Shown here piece by piece: positions 8,543-18,857 of a DNA stretch of 64,000 bases. Position 1 is the stretch's first letter. The number at the start of each line of letters is the position of its first letter. Source of the stretch: an uncultured bacterium (GTDB lineage: Bacteria; Oederibacteriota; JAAXVQ01; JAUVAV01); NCBI GenBank assembly GCA_963710755.1, contig CAVQBK010000003.1:640001-704000 (forward strand), in the 5' to 3' direction. Below the pieces are notes generated by a model. The model searched no databases and was not told where the DNA came from. It was given only the letters and a program-made list of their open reading frames with translations. The position numbers were made by a program, and so were the translations under genes.

Positions 8543-10411
8543 GTGAATAATTCTTTAAAGACCCTTTCGTTTTGGTTGTTCATCTTCGTGATTGTGGTGA
8601 TGGTGGTGAATTACCTTAATTTACCCAACCGGATGGCGCCAAAACAATATACTTATTCCGAATTTTTACAGGATGTGCAGCAAGGGGACATTAGTAAAGT
8701 TCAAATTGTGCAAAAAGGCACGGATGGCAAACAATTAAATGGCATGCGCAAGGATGGCACCAGTTTTACCTTGGTGGCACCCAATGATGATCCCACCATG
8801 TGGCAGGATTTGCATGATCACAAGGTGGAAATTACCAGTAAGTTTCCCCAGGAATCACCCATGCAATGGCTGGCCACCTTCTTCTTTTCTTGGGGACCGG
8901 TCATTGCCTTCATATTATTTTGGCTTTATTACCTGAATAAAATGCAAGGCGGAGCCGGCGGGGCCATGGCCTTTGGCAAGAGCAAGGCCAAGCTGCAAAC
9001 GCCCACCAATAAAGCCAAAATCACCTTTGCCGATGTGGCCGGGGTGGATGAAGCCAAGCAGGATTTGGAAGAAATTATTGAATACTTAAAAGATCCGTCG
9101 CGCTTTCAAAAACTGGGGGGCAAGATTCCCAAGGGTGTGCTGCTGCTCGGGCCTCCGGGCACAGGCAAGACCTTGCTGGCCCGTGCCATTGCCGGGGAAG
9201 CAGGCGTGCCTTTTTTCAGCATCTCCGGTTCGGACTTCGTGGAAATGTTTGTGGGCGTAGGCGCTTCGCGCGTGCGTGACCTGTTTGAACAGGGCAAGAA
9301 AAACGCCCCCTGCATCATCTTCATTGATGAGATCGATGCTGTGGGCCGTCATCGCGGTGCTGGTCTGGGCGGCGGTCATGATGAGCGCGAGCAAACCCTC
9401 AACCAGTTGCTGGTGGAGATGGATGGATTCGAGACCAACTCAGGCGTGATTTTAATTGCCGCCACCAACCGGCCCGATGTACTTGATCCTGCGCTGCTCC
9501 GGCCCGGACGTTTTGACCGCCAGGTGGTGGTGGACCGGCCTGATCTTGGCGGCCGGGTGGGGATCCTGAAAGTGCACACCAAGAAGATTGTGCTTGACCC
9601 TGACGTGGACCTCAATGTGCTGGCCCGACGGACGCCCGGGTTCTCCGGTGCCGACCTGGCCAATCTGGCCAATGAGTCGGCCCTGCTGGCCGCGCGGCGC
9701 AATAAAAAATCTGTCACCATGGCGGAGATGGAAGAAGCCATTGAGCGCGTGCTGGCCGGACCGGAACGCAAGAGCCGGGTGATCTCGGAAAAAGAAAAGA
9801 GGACCATTGCTTTTCATGAATCAGGTCATGCTCTGGTGGCCAAGCTGCTTCCCGGCACTCATCCGGTGCATAAAATTTCCATTATTCCCCGTGGAGCGGC
9901 GGCCTTGGGCTACACCCTGCAACTGCCTACGGAAGACCGCTTCCTCATGATGCGCGAGGAGCTGCTCAATGAGATCGCGATTCTCTTAGGCGGCCGGGCG
10001 GCGGAGGAGTTGGTGTTCAAGGAAATATCCACGGGCGCTTCTAATGATTTGGAACGGGCGACCGAAACTGCTCATCGGATGGTGTGCGAATATGGCATGT
10101 CCTCGGAATTGGGCAACATGACCTTTGGCCGCAAAGACCGGGAAGTGTTCATAGGCAAGGATTTGATGAAAGAGAAAAATTACAGTGAACAGACAGCTCA
10201 GGAAATCGACCATGAAGTGCGTAAGATCGTAACCAATGCTTATGAGCGGGTGAGCGCGCTTTTGAAAAAAAATCAAAGCAAACTGGAAAAGCTGGCGACC
10301 ACGCTGTTGGAAAAAGAGATCATCAGTGGTGATGAGGTGGACACGATCATTAACAGCAAAAGCAAGTCCGCGGCTGCTTCCAAGGGCACGAAAAAAGATC
10401 AGAATATCTGA
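8543..10411 (+). CDS. ftsH: ATP-dependent zinc metalloprotease FtsH
   Basis: Two N-terminal TMs, GPPGTGKT Walker [23 protein letters not shown] Zn motif. Confidence 0.98.
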   Translation: MNNSLKTLSFWLFIFVIVVMVVNYLNLPNRMAPKQYTYSEFLQDVQQGDISKVQIVQKGTDGKQLNGMRKDGTSFTLVAPNDDPTMWQDLHDHKVEITSKFPQESPMQWLATFFFSWGPVIAFILFWLYYLNKMQGGAGGAMAFGKSKAKLQTPTNKAKITFADVAGVDEAKQDLEEIIEYLKDPSRFQKLGGKIPKGVLLLGPPGTGKTLLARAIAGEAGVPFFSISGSDFVEMFVGVGASRVRDLFEQGKKNAPCIIFIDEIDAVGRHRGAGLGGGHDEREQTLNQLLVEMDGFETNSGVILIAATNRPDVLDPALLRPGRFDRQVVVDRPDLGGRVGILKVHTKKIVLDPDVDLNVLARRTPGFSGADLANLANESALLAARRNKKSVTMAEMEEAIERVLAGPERKSRVISEKEKRTIAFHESGHALVAKLLPGTHPVHKISIIPRGAAALGYTLQLPTEDRFLMMREELLNEIAILLGGRAAEELVFKEISTGASNDLERATETAHRMVCEYGMSSELGNMTFGRKDREVFIGKDLMKEKNYSEQTAQEIDHEVRKIVTNAYERVSALLKKNQSKLEKLATTLLEKEIISGDEVDTIINSKSKSAAASKGTKKDQNI

Positions 10412-10520
10412 GCTAGGCCATAGCCGCCTGGCTTGCCAGCGTCGCGTTGGGGGCGTCCGGCCGGGCGTGTGAAGGGCATTACCCGTTTTCCCAAACCTTA
10501 CCCATCAGAAAGGAAGCTCA

Positions 10521-11393
10521 ATGCAGATGGGGTATCGTCATTTAAAGATAACCTGCGGTCCTTTCCATTTAAACCTGGAACAACGTCCCCATATCATGGG
10601 CATTATTAATTTAACTGATGATTCCTTTTCCGATGGCGGTCAGTACAACACCCCGCAAAAAGCCTTTGTTCAAGCCCGACGCTTAAAAGCCGAGGGTGCT
10701 GATATTCTTGATCTGGGCGCCGAATCCACCCGTCCCGGCGCTAAGCCGGTGAGCGCCCAGCAGGAATTGCAACGGCTGTTGCCGGCGTTCAAGCGCATCG
10801 TGACCCTGGGACTGCCGATTTCCATTGATACCTACAAACCCGAAGTGGCCCGAGCCATGGCGGCCGCCGGAGCCCACATGCTCAATGATGTTACCGGCGG
10901 CCGCAATCCGGAAATGCTGCGGGTAATGGCTCAGGCCAAAGTGCCTGTTGTCCTGATGCATATGCGCGGCACACCGCAGACCATGCAAAAAGCTCCGCGC
11001 TACCACAATGTGGTGGCTGAAGTCAAAGCCAGTCTCAAGTCTGCAGCCCAAGCGGCACTGGCTGCAGGGGTCCTGCCCAGGAACATTATTCTTGATCCTG
11101 GCATTGGTTTTGGCAAAACCCTGAACCACAACCTGCAGCTGATTCGGGAATTGGGGCAGCTGATACGGTTGGGCTACCCTGTTTTGGTGGGTCCTTCCAG
11201 GAAATCTTTTATTGGCAAACTGCTGGGCAATCTTCCGCCGCCGCAGCGAGATTGGGGAACCGCTGCTGCCGTAAGTCTGAGCGTGGCCGCAGGTGCCCAT
11301 CTGTTGCGGGTGCATGCCGTGAGCGCCATGGCGATGGTCAGCCGCGTGGCCGCGGCTATAACCAAAGGCCAAGCCGTTGGAGGTATCCGCTGA
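10521..11393 (+). CDS. folP: Dihydropteroate synthase
   Basis: MGIINLTDDSFSDGG, GAESTRPGA, DPGIGFGK, SRKSF, LRVH. Confidence 0.97.
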   Translation: MQMGYRHLKITCGPFHLNLEQRPHIMGIINLTDDSFSDGGQYNTPQKAFVQARRLKAEGADILDLGAESTRPGAKPVSAQQELQRLLPAFKRIVTLGLPISIDTYKPEVARAMAAAGAHMLNDVTGGRNPEMLRVMAQAKVPVVLMHMRGTPQTMQKAPRYHNVVAEVKASLKSAAQAALAAGVLPRNIILDPGIGFGKTLNHNLQLIRELGQLIRLGYPVLVGPSRKSFIGKLLGNLPPPQRDWGTAAAVSLSVAAGAHLLRVHAVSAMAMVSRVAAAITKGQAVGGIR

Positions 11394-12166
11394 TGTCGGA
11401 ATGGGCCCACTTTTACCAACCCATCTTGGGTTTTCGTTGGCAGGATGCGGTGGACATCATTTTGGTCAGCTTTATCATTTACCGTATTCTAGTTATGGTA
11501 CGTGACACCAAAGCCATGCAGATGCTTAAAGGCTTCATGGTGCTCATTATTGTGGCTTTTATTGGATCTCAATTTCAGTTTTACACCATTAACTGGCTGA
11601 TTACCAGTTTGTGGGCTGTGTGGTTGATTTCTTTTGTCATTATCTTTCAACCAGAATTAAGACGTATGCTGGTGACCTTGGGTCATCGACGCATGTTTAT
11701 CGGCCTGTTGAAAGAGGAAGAGCGGCTGTATAAGGAGATCACCGAAGCCTGCCGGGTTATGGCGCGCCGGAAAATTGGGGCTTTGATTGTGCTGGAACGG
11801 GATGTTAATTTAAAAAACTATATTGAAACCGGTACGGCCTTGGATGCGGAATTAACGGCCGAGTTGTTGGTTACTATTTTTGTGCCCCGCACGCCTTTGC
11901 ACGATGGGGCGGTACTGATACGTGAGAACCGGCTGGTGGCCGCAGGCTGCATCCTGCCGCTTTCTCAGGAGAGCACTATTTCCAAAAGATACGGCACCCG
12001 TCACCGCGCGGCTATCGGTATCACCGAGGAATCAGACGCAGTGGCAGTGGTGGTCTCCGAAGAGACCCGCAGCATTTCCTTAGCCGTGGGCGGCAAGATG
12101 ACGCCGGCCATTGACCCCCAGACCCTTGAGGAAATGCTGACCCTCTACGGACCCAAGCGAGGCTAA
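11393..12166 (+). CDS. cdaA: Diadenylate cyclase CdaA (c-di-AMP synthase)
   Basis: 3 TMs, FQPELRR, PLHDGA, GTRHRAA, VSEET. ATG 11393 overlaps the folP stop. Confidence 0.95.
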   Translation: MSEWAHFYQPILGFRWQDAVDIILVSFIIYRILVMVRDTKAMQMLKGFMVLIIVAFIGSQFQFYTINWLITSLWAVWLISFVIIFQPELRRMLVTLGHRRMFIGLLKEEERLYKEITEACRVMARRKIGALIVLERDVNLKNYIETGTALDAELTAELLVTIFVPRTPLHDGAVLIRENRLVAAGCILPLSQESTISKRYGTRHRAAIGITEESDAVAVVVSEETRSISLAVGGKMTPAIDPQTLEEMLTLYGPKRG

Positions 12167-12169
12167 CCC

Positions 12170-12610
12170 ATGCGTTATTGGCAGAAACGGCTTAGAAAAG
12201 TAGTCAAAGAAAAATTGCTATCCGACTGGCGCTATAAACTGGCCGCTGTGGCGGCGGCCATGGTGGTTTGGATATATGTCGTGGGCCAGCAATCCATGCA
12301 AGCCGTATTCCGGGTACCTGTCTATTTCCAGAATCTTCCGGTCAGCATGGAAATGGTAAGCCAGAAATTGGAAACCGTTCAGGTCACCATTTCCGGCCGG
12401 CGCGACCGTATCCTGTCACTCAAGGAACGTCAAATCTGGGTGTCCATTGATTTGACCGGCATGCATGCAGGCCGCAACAGTTATAAGATCAACCGCAATG
12501 ATGTGGTGGTACCGGCCGGCATCGAGGTCAAGGATTTCACGCCTAAGAAAATAAAAATCATCCTTAAGACTGTCCAAAAAGAAGAAGCTTCTGAATCAAC
12601 CATTAACTAA
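12170..12610 (+). CDS. cdaR: CdaR/YbbR-domain protein (single YbbR repeat)
   Basis: N-terminal TM, V.V.ISG and IDL.G..AG motifs; directly follows cdaA. Confidence 0.75.
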   Translation: MRYWQKRLRKVVKEKLLSDWRYKLAAVAAAMVVWIYVVGQQSMQAVFRVPVYFQNLPVSMEMVSQKLETVQVTISGRRDRILSLKERQIWVSIDLTGMHAGRNSYKINRNDVVVPAGIEVKDFTPKKIKIILKTVQKEEASESTIN

Positions 12611-12737
12611 CTATTGATTTCTGCCGATAGTAACCTGGGCGGGAGCGAGCTTGACTGCAGGACTCCCGGTCTTAACCAGGGGTAGTGCCTTGGGGAGCGA
12701 AGAGAACAGTCTAATTTCTGAAGAGGGGTTCGTAGTC

Positions 12738-13262
12738 GTGGCCATAAGCCAGCCAGATAGGTTGTCAATTTTACAGGCGAGCCGCCTGCCCAAGGGCAAG
12801 CGGCTGAAAACCATTTTAAGCATGCAGCTTTATCCACTGTGGGAACTGATACCCATCGTACGCGAGCATGTTAAAAAGGTGCTGAGCCTCTTGGTCAAGA
12901 ACAACAATATTATTGATAGGATCACGATCGCGGTTTCCGAGTTATTGGAGAACGGGGTAAAATACGCCAGCAGCGGACTGGTTTTTCTGTCCCTGGCTTA
13001 TGCTGATGATCCCAGCCGACTGGTGATCAAGGTGGCCAACAAGAGCAATCTCCATCACGCCCAGGTGTTGAAACAGTTTAAAACCGCGATGGGCAAGAAA
13101 GACCAGCAAACGTTTTATATGCAAAGCCTTAAACAGAAACACCGCCAGCATGGCATGAGCCAAAAAGGCCTTGCCCGCATCAATTATGAAACCGGCGGGC
13201 GTTTAAAACTGACAGTAACTGCAGATCAGTCGGTCCAAATGGAAGTATTATTTTTGATATAG
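12738..13262 (+). CDS. GHKL/HATPase anti-sigma-type kinase, SiaB/slr1658-like
   Basis: AVSELLENGVKY N-box and SQKGLARI G-box; GTG 12738 after GAGGGG. Confidence 0.6.
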   Translation: MAISQPDRLSILQASRLPKGKRLKTILSMQLYPLWELIPIVREHVKKVLSLLVKNNNIIDRITIAVSELLENGVKYASSGLVFLSLAYADDPSRLVIKVANKSNLHHAQVLKQFKTAMGKKDQQTFYMQSLKQKHRQHGMSQKGLARINYETGGRLKLTVTADQSVQMEVLFLI

Positions 13263-13273
13263 GAGCGTGGATA

Positions 13274-13642
13274 ATGAAAAGTCTGAAAATGAATGATGAG
13301 CGGTACGCACTGTCCCTGAGCAACAATGCCATTACCGTGATGGGAGATATTGATACCCGCAATCCTTATGATGTACTGGGTGTATTTCTCACCCGGGTGC
13401 ACCAAGGGGCTGTTGATGAAAAGGTCCCGGAAATTCATGTGGATGTTAAAAAACTGGGGTTTATCAATTCCATTGGCATCAAAGAGTTCACCACCTGGAT
13501 CATGCAGGTAGATCAGCTGCCGGACCAGGAAAAATATAGAATCAGGTTCATCATCAACCCCGACGTACAATGGCAAAAACTAACCTTTACCTCTTTGAAA
13601 TGGCTGAATGAACGTTATGTGGAATTGAAAGAAGAAAAATAA
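13274..13642 (+). CDS. STAS-like switch protein, SiaC/slr1659-like
   Basis: VDVKKLGFINSIGI phospho-Ser loop and downstream WQ motif; AGGAG RBS; paired with the kinase. Confidence 0.65.
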   Translation: MKSLKMNDERYALSLSNNAITVMGDIDTRNPYDVLGVFLTRVHQGAVDEKVPEIHVDVKKLGFINSIGIKEFTTWIMQVDQLPDQEKYRIRFIINPDVQWQKLTFTSLKWLNERYVELKEEK

Positions 13643-13737
13643 TTTTTCTTTGGGCCCGCTTGTCTTGAGGTTGATCCGCCGGTCCGGCCAAACCTGACCC
13701 TGCTTATCCTTCCGTTATCTTCTTCCCATATTAGGCA

Positions 13738-13766
13738 TTGACGCTCCCAGAGCGCTGGGGTATGAT
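13738..13766 (+). promoter_or_regulatory. sigma70-type promoter
   Basis: TTGACG, 17 bp, TATGAT. Confidence 0.55.
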
Positions 13767-13799
13767 CTTGCTCGATTCCGGTGACCATAAAAAGGGGCC

Positions 13800-14342
13800 A
13801 TGATGGGTGATATTGTCGTGCCTGAACCAGTACGGCCTTTGGCAGGTTTATTGTGCACAGTACCAGAAGAATTAGCCTTAATCCTCTCAGCGTTAAGCAG
13901 ACTGTGGGGAGCGATCAACCGCCAAAGCCAAGTACAGCCTTTTGCTTATACCCGCTATTATGAATCAGAAATGGGTCCGGATTTATGGCGTCAGTATGTG
14001 GTGTTCGACGGGCTTTTCCCGTCTGAACGCCTGGTGGAGTGGAAGCGCTTGACCAATGATATGGAACAGCGCTTCGGCCTGAACGGCCGCCAGGGACGAC
14101 GGGTGAATATTGATCCCGGCTATTTGGCCCCCGGTAAATTGGTGCTGGCCAGTACCAAGGATTTTGCGCACCGCCTCTATCTGGGTCAAGGTATCTACGG
14201 TGAAATCACCTTAAAAATTGAGAAAAGAAAATTTACCTCCTGGCCCTGGACTTATCCGGATTATGCCGACATGGCGCCCTTTTTTGACGAGGCTTATCAG
14301 GATTATTTAACTGCCCTTAAATCAGCCCGGCCGCAGGGGTAA
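13800..14342 (+). CDS. DUF4416-family protein
   Basis: YYESEMG, K..TN..E, RRVNIDPGY, LVLASTK..HRLYLGQGIY, PWTYPDY. Confidence 0.85.
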   Translation: MMGDIVVPEPVRPLAGLLCTVPEELALILSALSRLWGAINRQSQVQPFAYTRYYESEMGPDLWRQYVVFDGLFPSERLVEWKRLTNDMEQRFGLNGRQGRRVNIDPGYLAPGKLVLASTKDFAHRLYLGQGIYGEITLKIEKRKFTSWPWTYPDYADMAPFFDEAYQDYLTALKSARPQG

Positions 14343-14404
14343 TGACCGCTTAGGCGCGGGTTGCAGCATTTAACAGACCAGGAAAAGCGGGAAGGAGAAG
14401 GCAC

Positions 14405-15394
14405 GTGGAAGCATTACGCAATGCAGGTATTGTTGGTACGGGACGCTATATTCCCAGCAAAGTGCTGACCAACCAGGATTTGGAAAAAATGATGGATACC
14501 AATGACGAGTGGATTACCACGCGGGTGGGGATCAAGGAGCGTCATATTGCCGCACCGGAGGAATCCACCTCCACCATGGGGGCAGCCGCAGCCAAGGCTG
14601 CTCTGGCTGATGCCGGCGTGGCTCCGGAAGCCGTGGATTTAATCATCACGGCCACCATCACCCCGGATATGCCCTGGCCGGCCACAGCTTGTTTCATTCA
14701 ACGTGAGCTGGGCGCAGTTAATGCCGCTTGTATGGATTTGGAAGCCGCTTGTACGGGTTTTATTTACAGCTTGGTCTTGGCGAAAAGTTTTATTGCCACG
14801 GGTATGTACAATACCGTGCTGGTGGTGGCCGCGGAAACCCTGTCACGCATCACGGACTGGGAGGATCGCAACACGGCCGTCTTGTTTGGAGATGCCGCCG
14901 GTGCCGCGGTGGTTCAGGCCGTGGGGGAAGACAAAGGCATCCTTTCCAGCTATTTGGGCTCGGATGGCAGCAAAGGTGAATTACTAGAGCTGCCTGCCGG
15001 CGGATCGCGTATGCCGGCGTCCCATCAAACCGTGGAGGAACGACTGCATTATATGAAAATGAGGGGCAACGAAGTCTTCAAATATGCAGCCAAGGCCATG
15101 GCCAGTGCCAATAAAAAAGCGCTCGATGCTGCCGGGATTTCCGTGGAAGACCTGGACTTGCTCATTCCTCATCAGGCCAACATGCGCATTATCGAAGCCG
15201 CGGCCCGGCTCTCCAAGTTACCCATGGAAAAGGTGTATTTGAATATCGCCAAATATGGTAATACCTCGGCTGCCACCACTGCCGTGGCCCTCGATGAAGC
15301 CCGCCGGGAAGGCCGGATCAAAGACGGTTCTCTTTGCCTGCTGGTGGCCTTTGGCGGCGGTTTTACCTGGGGCTCTTGTTTGATGCGTTTTTAA
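14405..15394 (+). CDS. fabH: 3-oxoacyl-ACP synthase III
   Basis: AACTGF catalytic Cys, FGDAAGA, PHQANMRI, YGNTSAA, FGGGFTWG. Confidence 0.97.
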   Translation: MEALRNAGIVGTGRYIPSKVLTNQDLEKMMDTNDEWITTRVGIKERHIAAPEESTSTMGAAAAKAALADAGVAPEAVDLIITATITPDMPWPATACFIQRELGAVNAACMDLEAACTGFIYSLVLAKSFIATGMYNTVLVVAAETLSRITDWEDRNTAVLFGDAAGAAVVQAVGEDKGILSSYLGSDGSKGELLELPAGGSRMPASHQTVEERLHYMKMRGNEVFKYAAKAMASANKKALDAAGISVEDLDLLIPHQANMRIIEAAARLSKLPMEKVYLNIAKYGNTSAATTAVALDEARREGRIKDGSLCLLVAFGGGFTWGSCLMRF

Positions 15395-15497
15395 GCCTTT
15401 CCCAGGCTCCTGCACTTATCCTCAACCAGACATCATTTGAATTGTCCGCAGGCACATGCTAAACTAAGAGCAAGACGTTTGGCCTTGGGAGGTCGTC

Positions 15498-15839
15498 ATG
15501 GGAATTTTGAATTACAGGAAATATGCCCGGGTGGAAGTAAATTTGCCCATTCAGCTGGTGCTGCAGGGCCAGACGGCCAAGGCTTATCTAAGCAATGTGA
15601 GTGAGGAAGGGTCCAATCTTATCGCGGAAAAATCCATCCCCGTGGGTACCACCATGGAATTTGACATGCATCTTCCGGATATGCAAGAGCCCACTCATGT
15701 GCGGGCGGATGTGCTCTGGACCAGACCGGTTCAGGATCAAGGCCAAGCCATGTATGCCCATGGGTTGTTATACAACCGCATTTCTCCGGAAGACCGCATC
15801 CGGCTGCATACCTTTATTAACAATGCCATGACCTATTAA
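15498..15839 (+). CDS. Stand-alone PilZ-domain protein
   Basis: RKYAR (RxxxR) and NVSEEG (D/NxSxxG). Confidence 0.85.
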   Translation: MGILNYRKYARVEVNLPIQLVLQGQTAKAYLSNVSEEGSNLIAEKSIPVGTTMEFDMHLPDMQEPTHVRADVLWTRPVQDQGQAMYAHGLLYNRISPEDRIRLHTFINNAMTY

Positions 15840-15938
15840 TTCTGTTGTTGGCCGCCGGTGAAGGGGAGTTGAACTGACTTGCTGTGGTTCTGTTGACCTG
15901 CTACAAGTTAACTATTATTTTTTTACAGGTGATGGTGA

Positions 15939-16472
15939 ATGATGTTTAAAAAGCTGGTGCAGGTGGGGCTCTTGGGGGCCATTGGTCTTTTGGTACTCGG
16001 GCTCAGCGCCCACGCCGATATAATTGGTGACAGAAAAGCCAAGATTTATCATGCTGAAGGCTGTCCTGAGATCGATAAAATTGAAAAACCCTATTTACAG
16101 GTGTTTGACAGTGAACCCGAAGCCGAAGCTCATGGATATTACCCGTGCCGTCAATGTTTGCCACCCTTGGGGGAAAGCGTGCAGGCATTGGAAGGCAGAA
16201 GAAAACATGCACTGCCTATCACCAAGACTCAGGCCTTTATCGGTGACCGGAAAAGCAAGGTCCTTCATCAGACTTGGTGCCCGCAAGTAACCGGCATCGC
16301 AACCGCTGATAAAGTGGTCTTTAAGGATATTGACCAAGCCTGGGCCAATCAATATCGTCCTTGTACGGAATGTCATCCCCCGGTCAAACCGGAAAAAGCG
16401 AAAGCCCTGAAATCGGCGATGCAGGAAAAGGATACTAGCGCCTTGCCGGAAGCGGAACTGGGCACGGAATAA
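15939..16472 (+). CDS. Exported protein with two Ada-type metal-binding domains
   Basis: Signal peptide; two copies of IGDRK.K..H...C...F.....A....Y.PC..C.P. Confidence 0.75.
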   Translation: MMFKKLVQVGLLGAIGLLVLGLSAHADIIGDRKAKIYHAEGCPEIDKIEKPYLQVFDSEPEAEAHGYYPCRQCLPPLGESVQALEGRRKHALPITKTQAFIGDRKSKVLHQTWCPQVTGIATADKVVFKDIDQAWANQYRPCTECHPPVKPEKAKALKSAMQEKDTSALPEAELGTE

Positions 16473-16496
16473 TCCACCTGTTATAAGGAGAAGCAC

Positions 16497-16730
16497 ATGG
16501 AGTCCTATGGACCTTTTAATTCTCTCGATGAAGTAGTGAGGTTTTGGACAGCCGTTTTTGGACTCTGGGCCATCAGTGCCACCCTGTGTCTGGGACTGGC
16601 CAGCTGGAAGCAAAAAAATCCGGTACTTTGGACTTTGCTAGGCGTGGTGTTTGGCCCGTTTGCCCTGCTGGTGCTCATTTATAAATCCTGGAAAAAGCCG
16701 CCGTCCGATGCTTCGGGAGACCAGCGGTGA
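16497..16730 (+). CDS. Small two-TM membrane protein
   Basis: AAGGAG RBS; two hydrophobic helices; LW.LLG..FGPFALL motif. Confidence 0.65.
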   Translation: MESYGPFNSLDEVVRFWTAVFGLWAISATLCLGLASWKQKNPVLWTLLGVVFGPFALLVLIYKSWKKPPSDASGDQR

Positions 16731-17155
16731 AAGTCATCATCATTGACGACGACAACAAAATGGCTGATCTGCTCAAGACCGCCCTGCAAATGACCTTCTA
16801 TGAAAAAGCCAAGGCCTTGGCCAAAGGTCATGAGCAACTGACGGAATCTTTGGATGTGCATAAATTTAATCATCCCCAAGCTGCCCTGGATTTTCTCGAT
16901 CTGCCGGATCAGTTTGTGGATCTGGTGTTTGTGGAACTCCAGCATGAAGATGCCCTGGCTTTTGTAAAAACATGTCAAGGCCAGCTAAAAGATCATTATG
17001 GCGAGCTGATCGTGGTTTCCGACCGCGCGGATCGGGAGACCGTGAAACAAGGTCTGGCGGCCGGCGCCCAGGGCTATATTTTTAAACCCTTCAGCCCGGC
17101 TGATCTTAAGATCCATATTTTTGAAGTCTGGCAGCATCGTCTGCACCGCAACTGA
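16727..17155 (+). CDS. Atypical single-domain response regulator (Glu at the phospho-acceptor position)
   Basis: VIIIDDD, DLVFVE, IVVS, GAQGYIFKPF. Confidence 0.75.
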   Translation: MKVIIIDDDNKMADLLKTALQMTFYEKAKALAKGHEQLTESLDVHKFNHPQAALDFLDLPDQFVDLVFVELQHEDALAFVKTCQGQLKDHYGELIVVSDRADRETVKQGLAAGAQGYIFKPFSPADLKIHIFEVWQHRLHRN

Positions 17156-17189
17156 GCTGCGGTCCACCATTTATTTCTGAGGACGACGG

Positions 17190-17531
17190 ATGACCATCGA
17201 ACGAAGACAACGGTCGCGGGTGCGGGTTTCTTTTGCACTGGATGGATTCAGCCTATTTGGGGAAGACGAGGTGGTGGAAGGCCGCGGTCTGGTCAAGGAT
17301 ATCACCACCAGTGGATTAATGCTGACCACCACATGCCTGCTCAAGAAAAACGATCTGGTGCAATTACCCCTGGCTCTGCCGGGAGAATCCAAAATCCTGA
17401 ACATGGAGGGCCGGGTGTGCTGGGTCCAAGGCGATGGTAATGGTATCAAAGCCGGTTTGGAATTTATGGACCTGTCGCTGGACCAACGGGAACGGATCGA
17501 TAATTATTTACAGACCATGGGCACATCCTGA
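17190..17531 (+). CDS. Stand-alone PilZ-domain protein
   Basis: ERRQRSR, DITTSG, GRVCW, GLEF. Confidence 0.85.
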   Translation: MTIERRQRSRVRVSFALDGFSLFGEDEVVEGRGLVKDITTSGLMLTTTCLLKKNDLVQLPLALPGESKILNMEGRVCWVQGDGNGIKAGLEFMDLSLDQRERIDNYLQTMGTS

Positions 17532-17912
17532 TGATAAAACGCGGGGGCAAAGGAAAGCGCGAGCATTCGTGACTCCATGAGCCGTGCCCTGCTTAAGAGG
17601 GAAAAAAATTTTCTAATGAAATTAATCACCCTACGGCTTGTGGCCGAAGGCAGTACCGTTAAATTGGCGTTCATGACGGGCCGGGGCCGAGGGATCGTGC
17701 ATATGAGTGGAATGCACTAATGTGTTTTCCCATTTCACTTCTCGAGTGAAATTTTCACAGGGCTTGCCCTGGGGGATTATGGAAACGTATTGAGCAAGCC
17801 TTCAACACCCCCCTTTCCAAGACACTGGCCAATGTTGGCGGAGAATAATTTGCGAATCCCGGCTAAATCTGGGGAGGGTATGCATCTTAAAAAACGTCCT
17901 GGGGAGGCCTTC

Positions 17913-18776
17913 ATGACAGCAAAACTAATCGATGGGCGGGCTTTAGCCAACCGTATCAAGCAGGAAGTCGCCGATGAGGTGAAAATTATGACCCAGCAAC
18001 TAAGCCGGGCGCCGGGATTGGCGGTGGTGCTGGTAGGTCAGGATCCGGCCTCCATGACTTACGTCAACAGCAAGCGCCGGGTCTGCCGGGAATTGGGACT
18101 GGTTTCTTTTGCCCACGATTTGCCGGACACCACCACGGAAGTCGAATTGTTGCAGCTGGTGGATCGCCTCAATCAGCAGACCGAAGTGGACGGTATTCTG
18201 GTGCAGTTACCTTTACCCCCTCATATTCACAGCGATAAAGTAATTGAAGCCATCTCTCCCGACAAGGATGTGGACGGCCTGCATCCGCTTAACTTGGGTT
18301 GGCTGCTAGCTGGCCATCCACGGTTTGTGTCTTGCACGCCAGCCGGTATTATGAAATTGATCCAATCAACCGATAGTGACATAGCGGGTAAAAAAGCCGT
18401 GGTGGTGGGCCGGTCTAACATGGTCGGCAAACCCATCGCTCAGCTGCTGTTGCAGGCCAATGCCACGGTCACCATGTGCCATTCCCGAACCCAAGATCTG
18501 GGACGTGAATGTGAGCAAGCCGACATTTTGGTGGTGGCCGTAGGACAGAAGCACTGCATTCTGGGAGACTGGATCAAGCCGGGCGCCGTGGTGATCGATG
18601 TAGGCATGAACCGGGATGAAAGCGGTCTCTGTGGGGACGTGGCCTTTGAACAGGCACGCCTAAAGGCCGGCTATATCACCCCGGTTCCCGGAGGAGTCGG
18701 GCCCATGACCATCACCATGCTTATGGCCAATACGCTTAAAGCCGCCAAACTAAAGCTTCAAAACCAACCGGGCTGA
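17913..18776 (+). CDS. folD: Methylenetetrahydrofolate dehydrogenase/cyclohydrolase
   Basis: GILVQLPLP, KDVDG, GRSNMVGKP, ITPVPGGVGPMT; ATG 17913 after GGAGG. Confidence 0.97.
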   Translation: MTAKLIDGRALANRIKQEVADEVKIMTQQLSRAPGLAVVLVGQDPASMTYVNSKRRVCRELGLVSFAHDLPDTTTEVELLQLVDRLNQQTEVDGILVQLPLPPHIHSDKVIEAISPDKDVDGLHPLNLGWLLAGHPRFVSCTPAGIMKLIQSTDSDIAGKKAVVVGRSNMVGKPIAQLLLQANATVTMCHSRTQDLGRECEQADILVVAVGQKHCILGDWIKPGAVVIDVGMNRDESGLCGDVAFEQARLKAGYITPVPGGVGPMTITMLMANTLKAAKLKLQNQPG

Positions 18777-18857
18777 ACCGAGCCCGGTGCCATCAACGCC
18801 CGTTGCCCCAGGCAATCTTTTAAGGTTGCCTACCTCACCTTCAGGAGGAGCTGACCC

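Noticed and set aside
12634-12680. Nested CCTGG/CCAGG and GGGAG/CTCCC stems after cdaR as a cyclic-dinucleotide riboswitch
   Set aside because: Stems are only 5 bp and no c-di-AMP or c-di-GMP aptamer consensus is visible.
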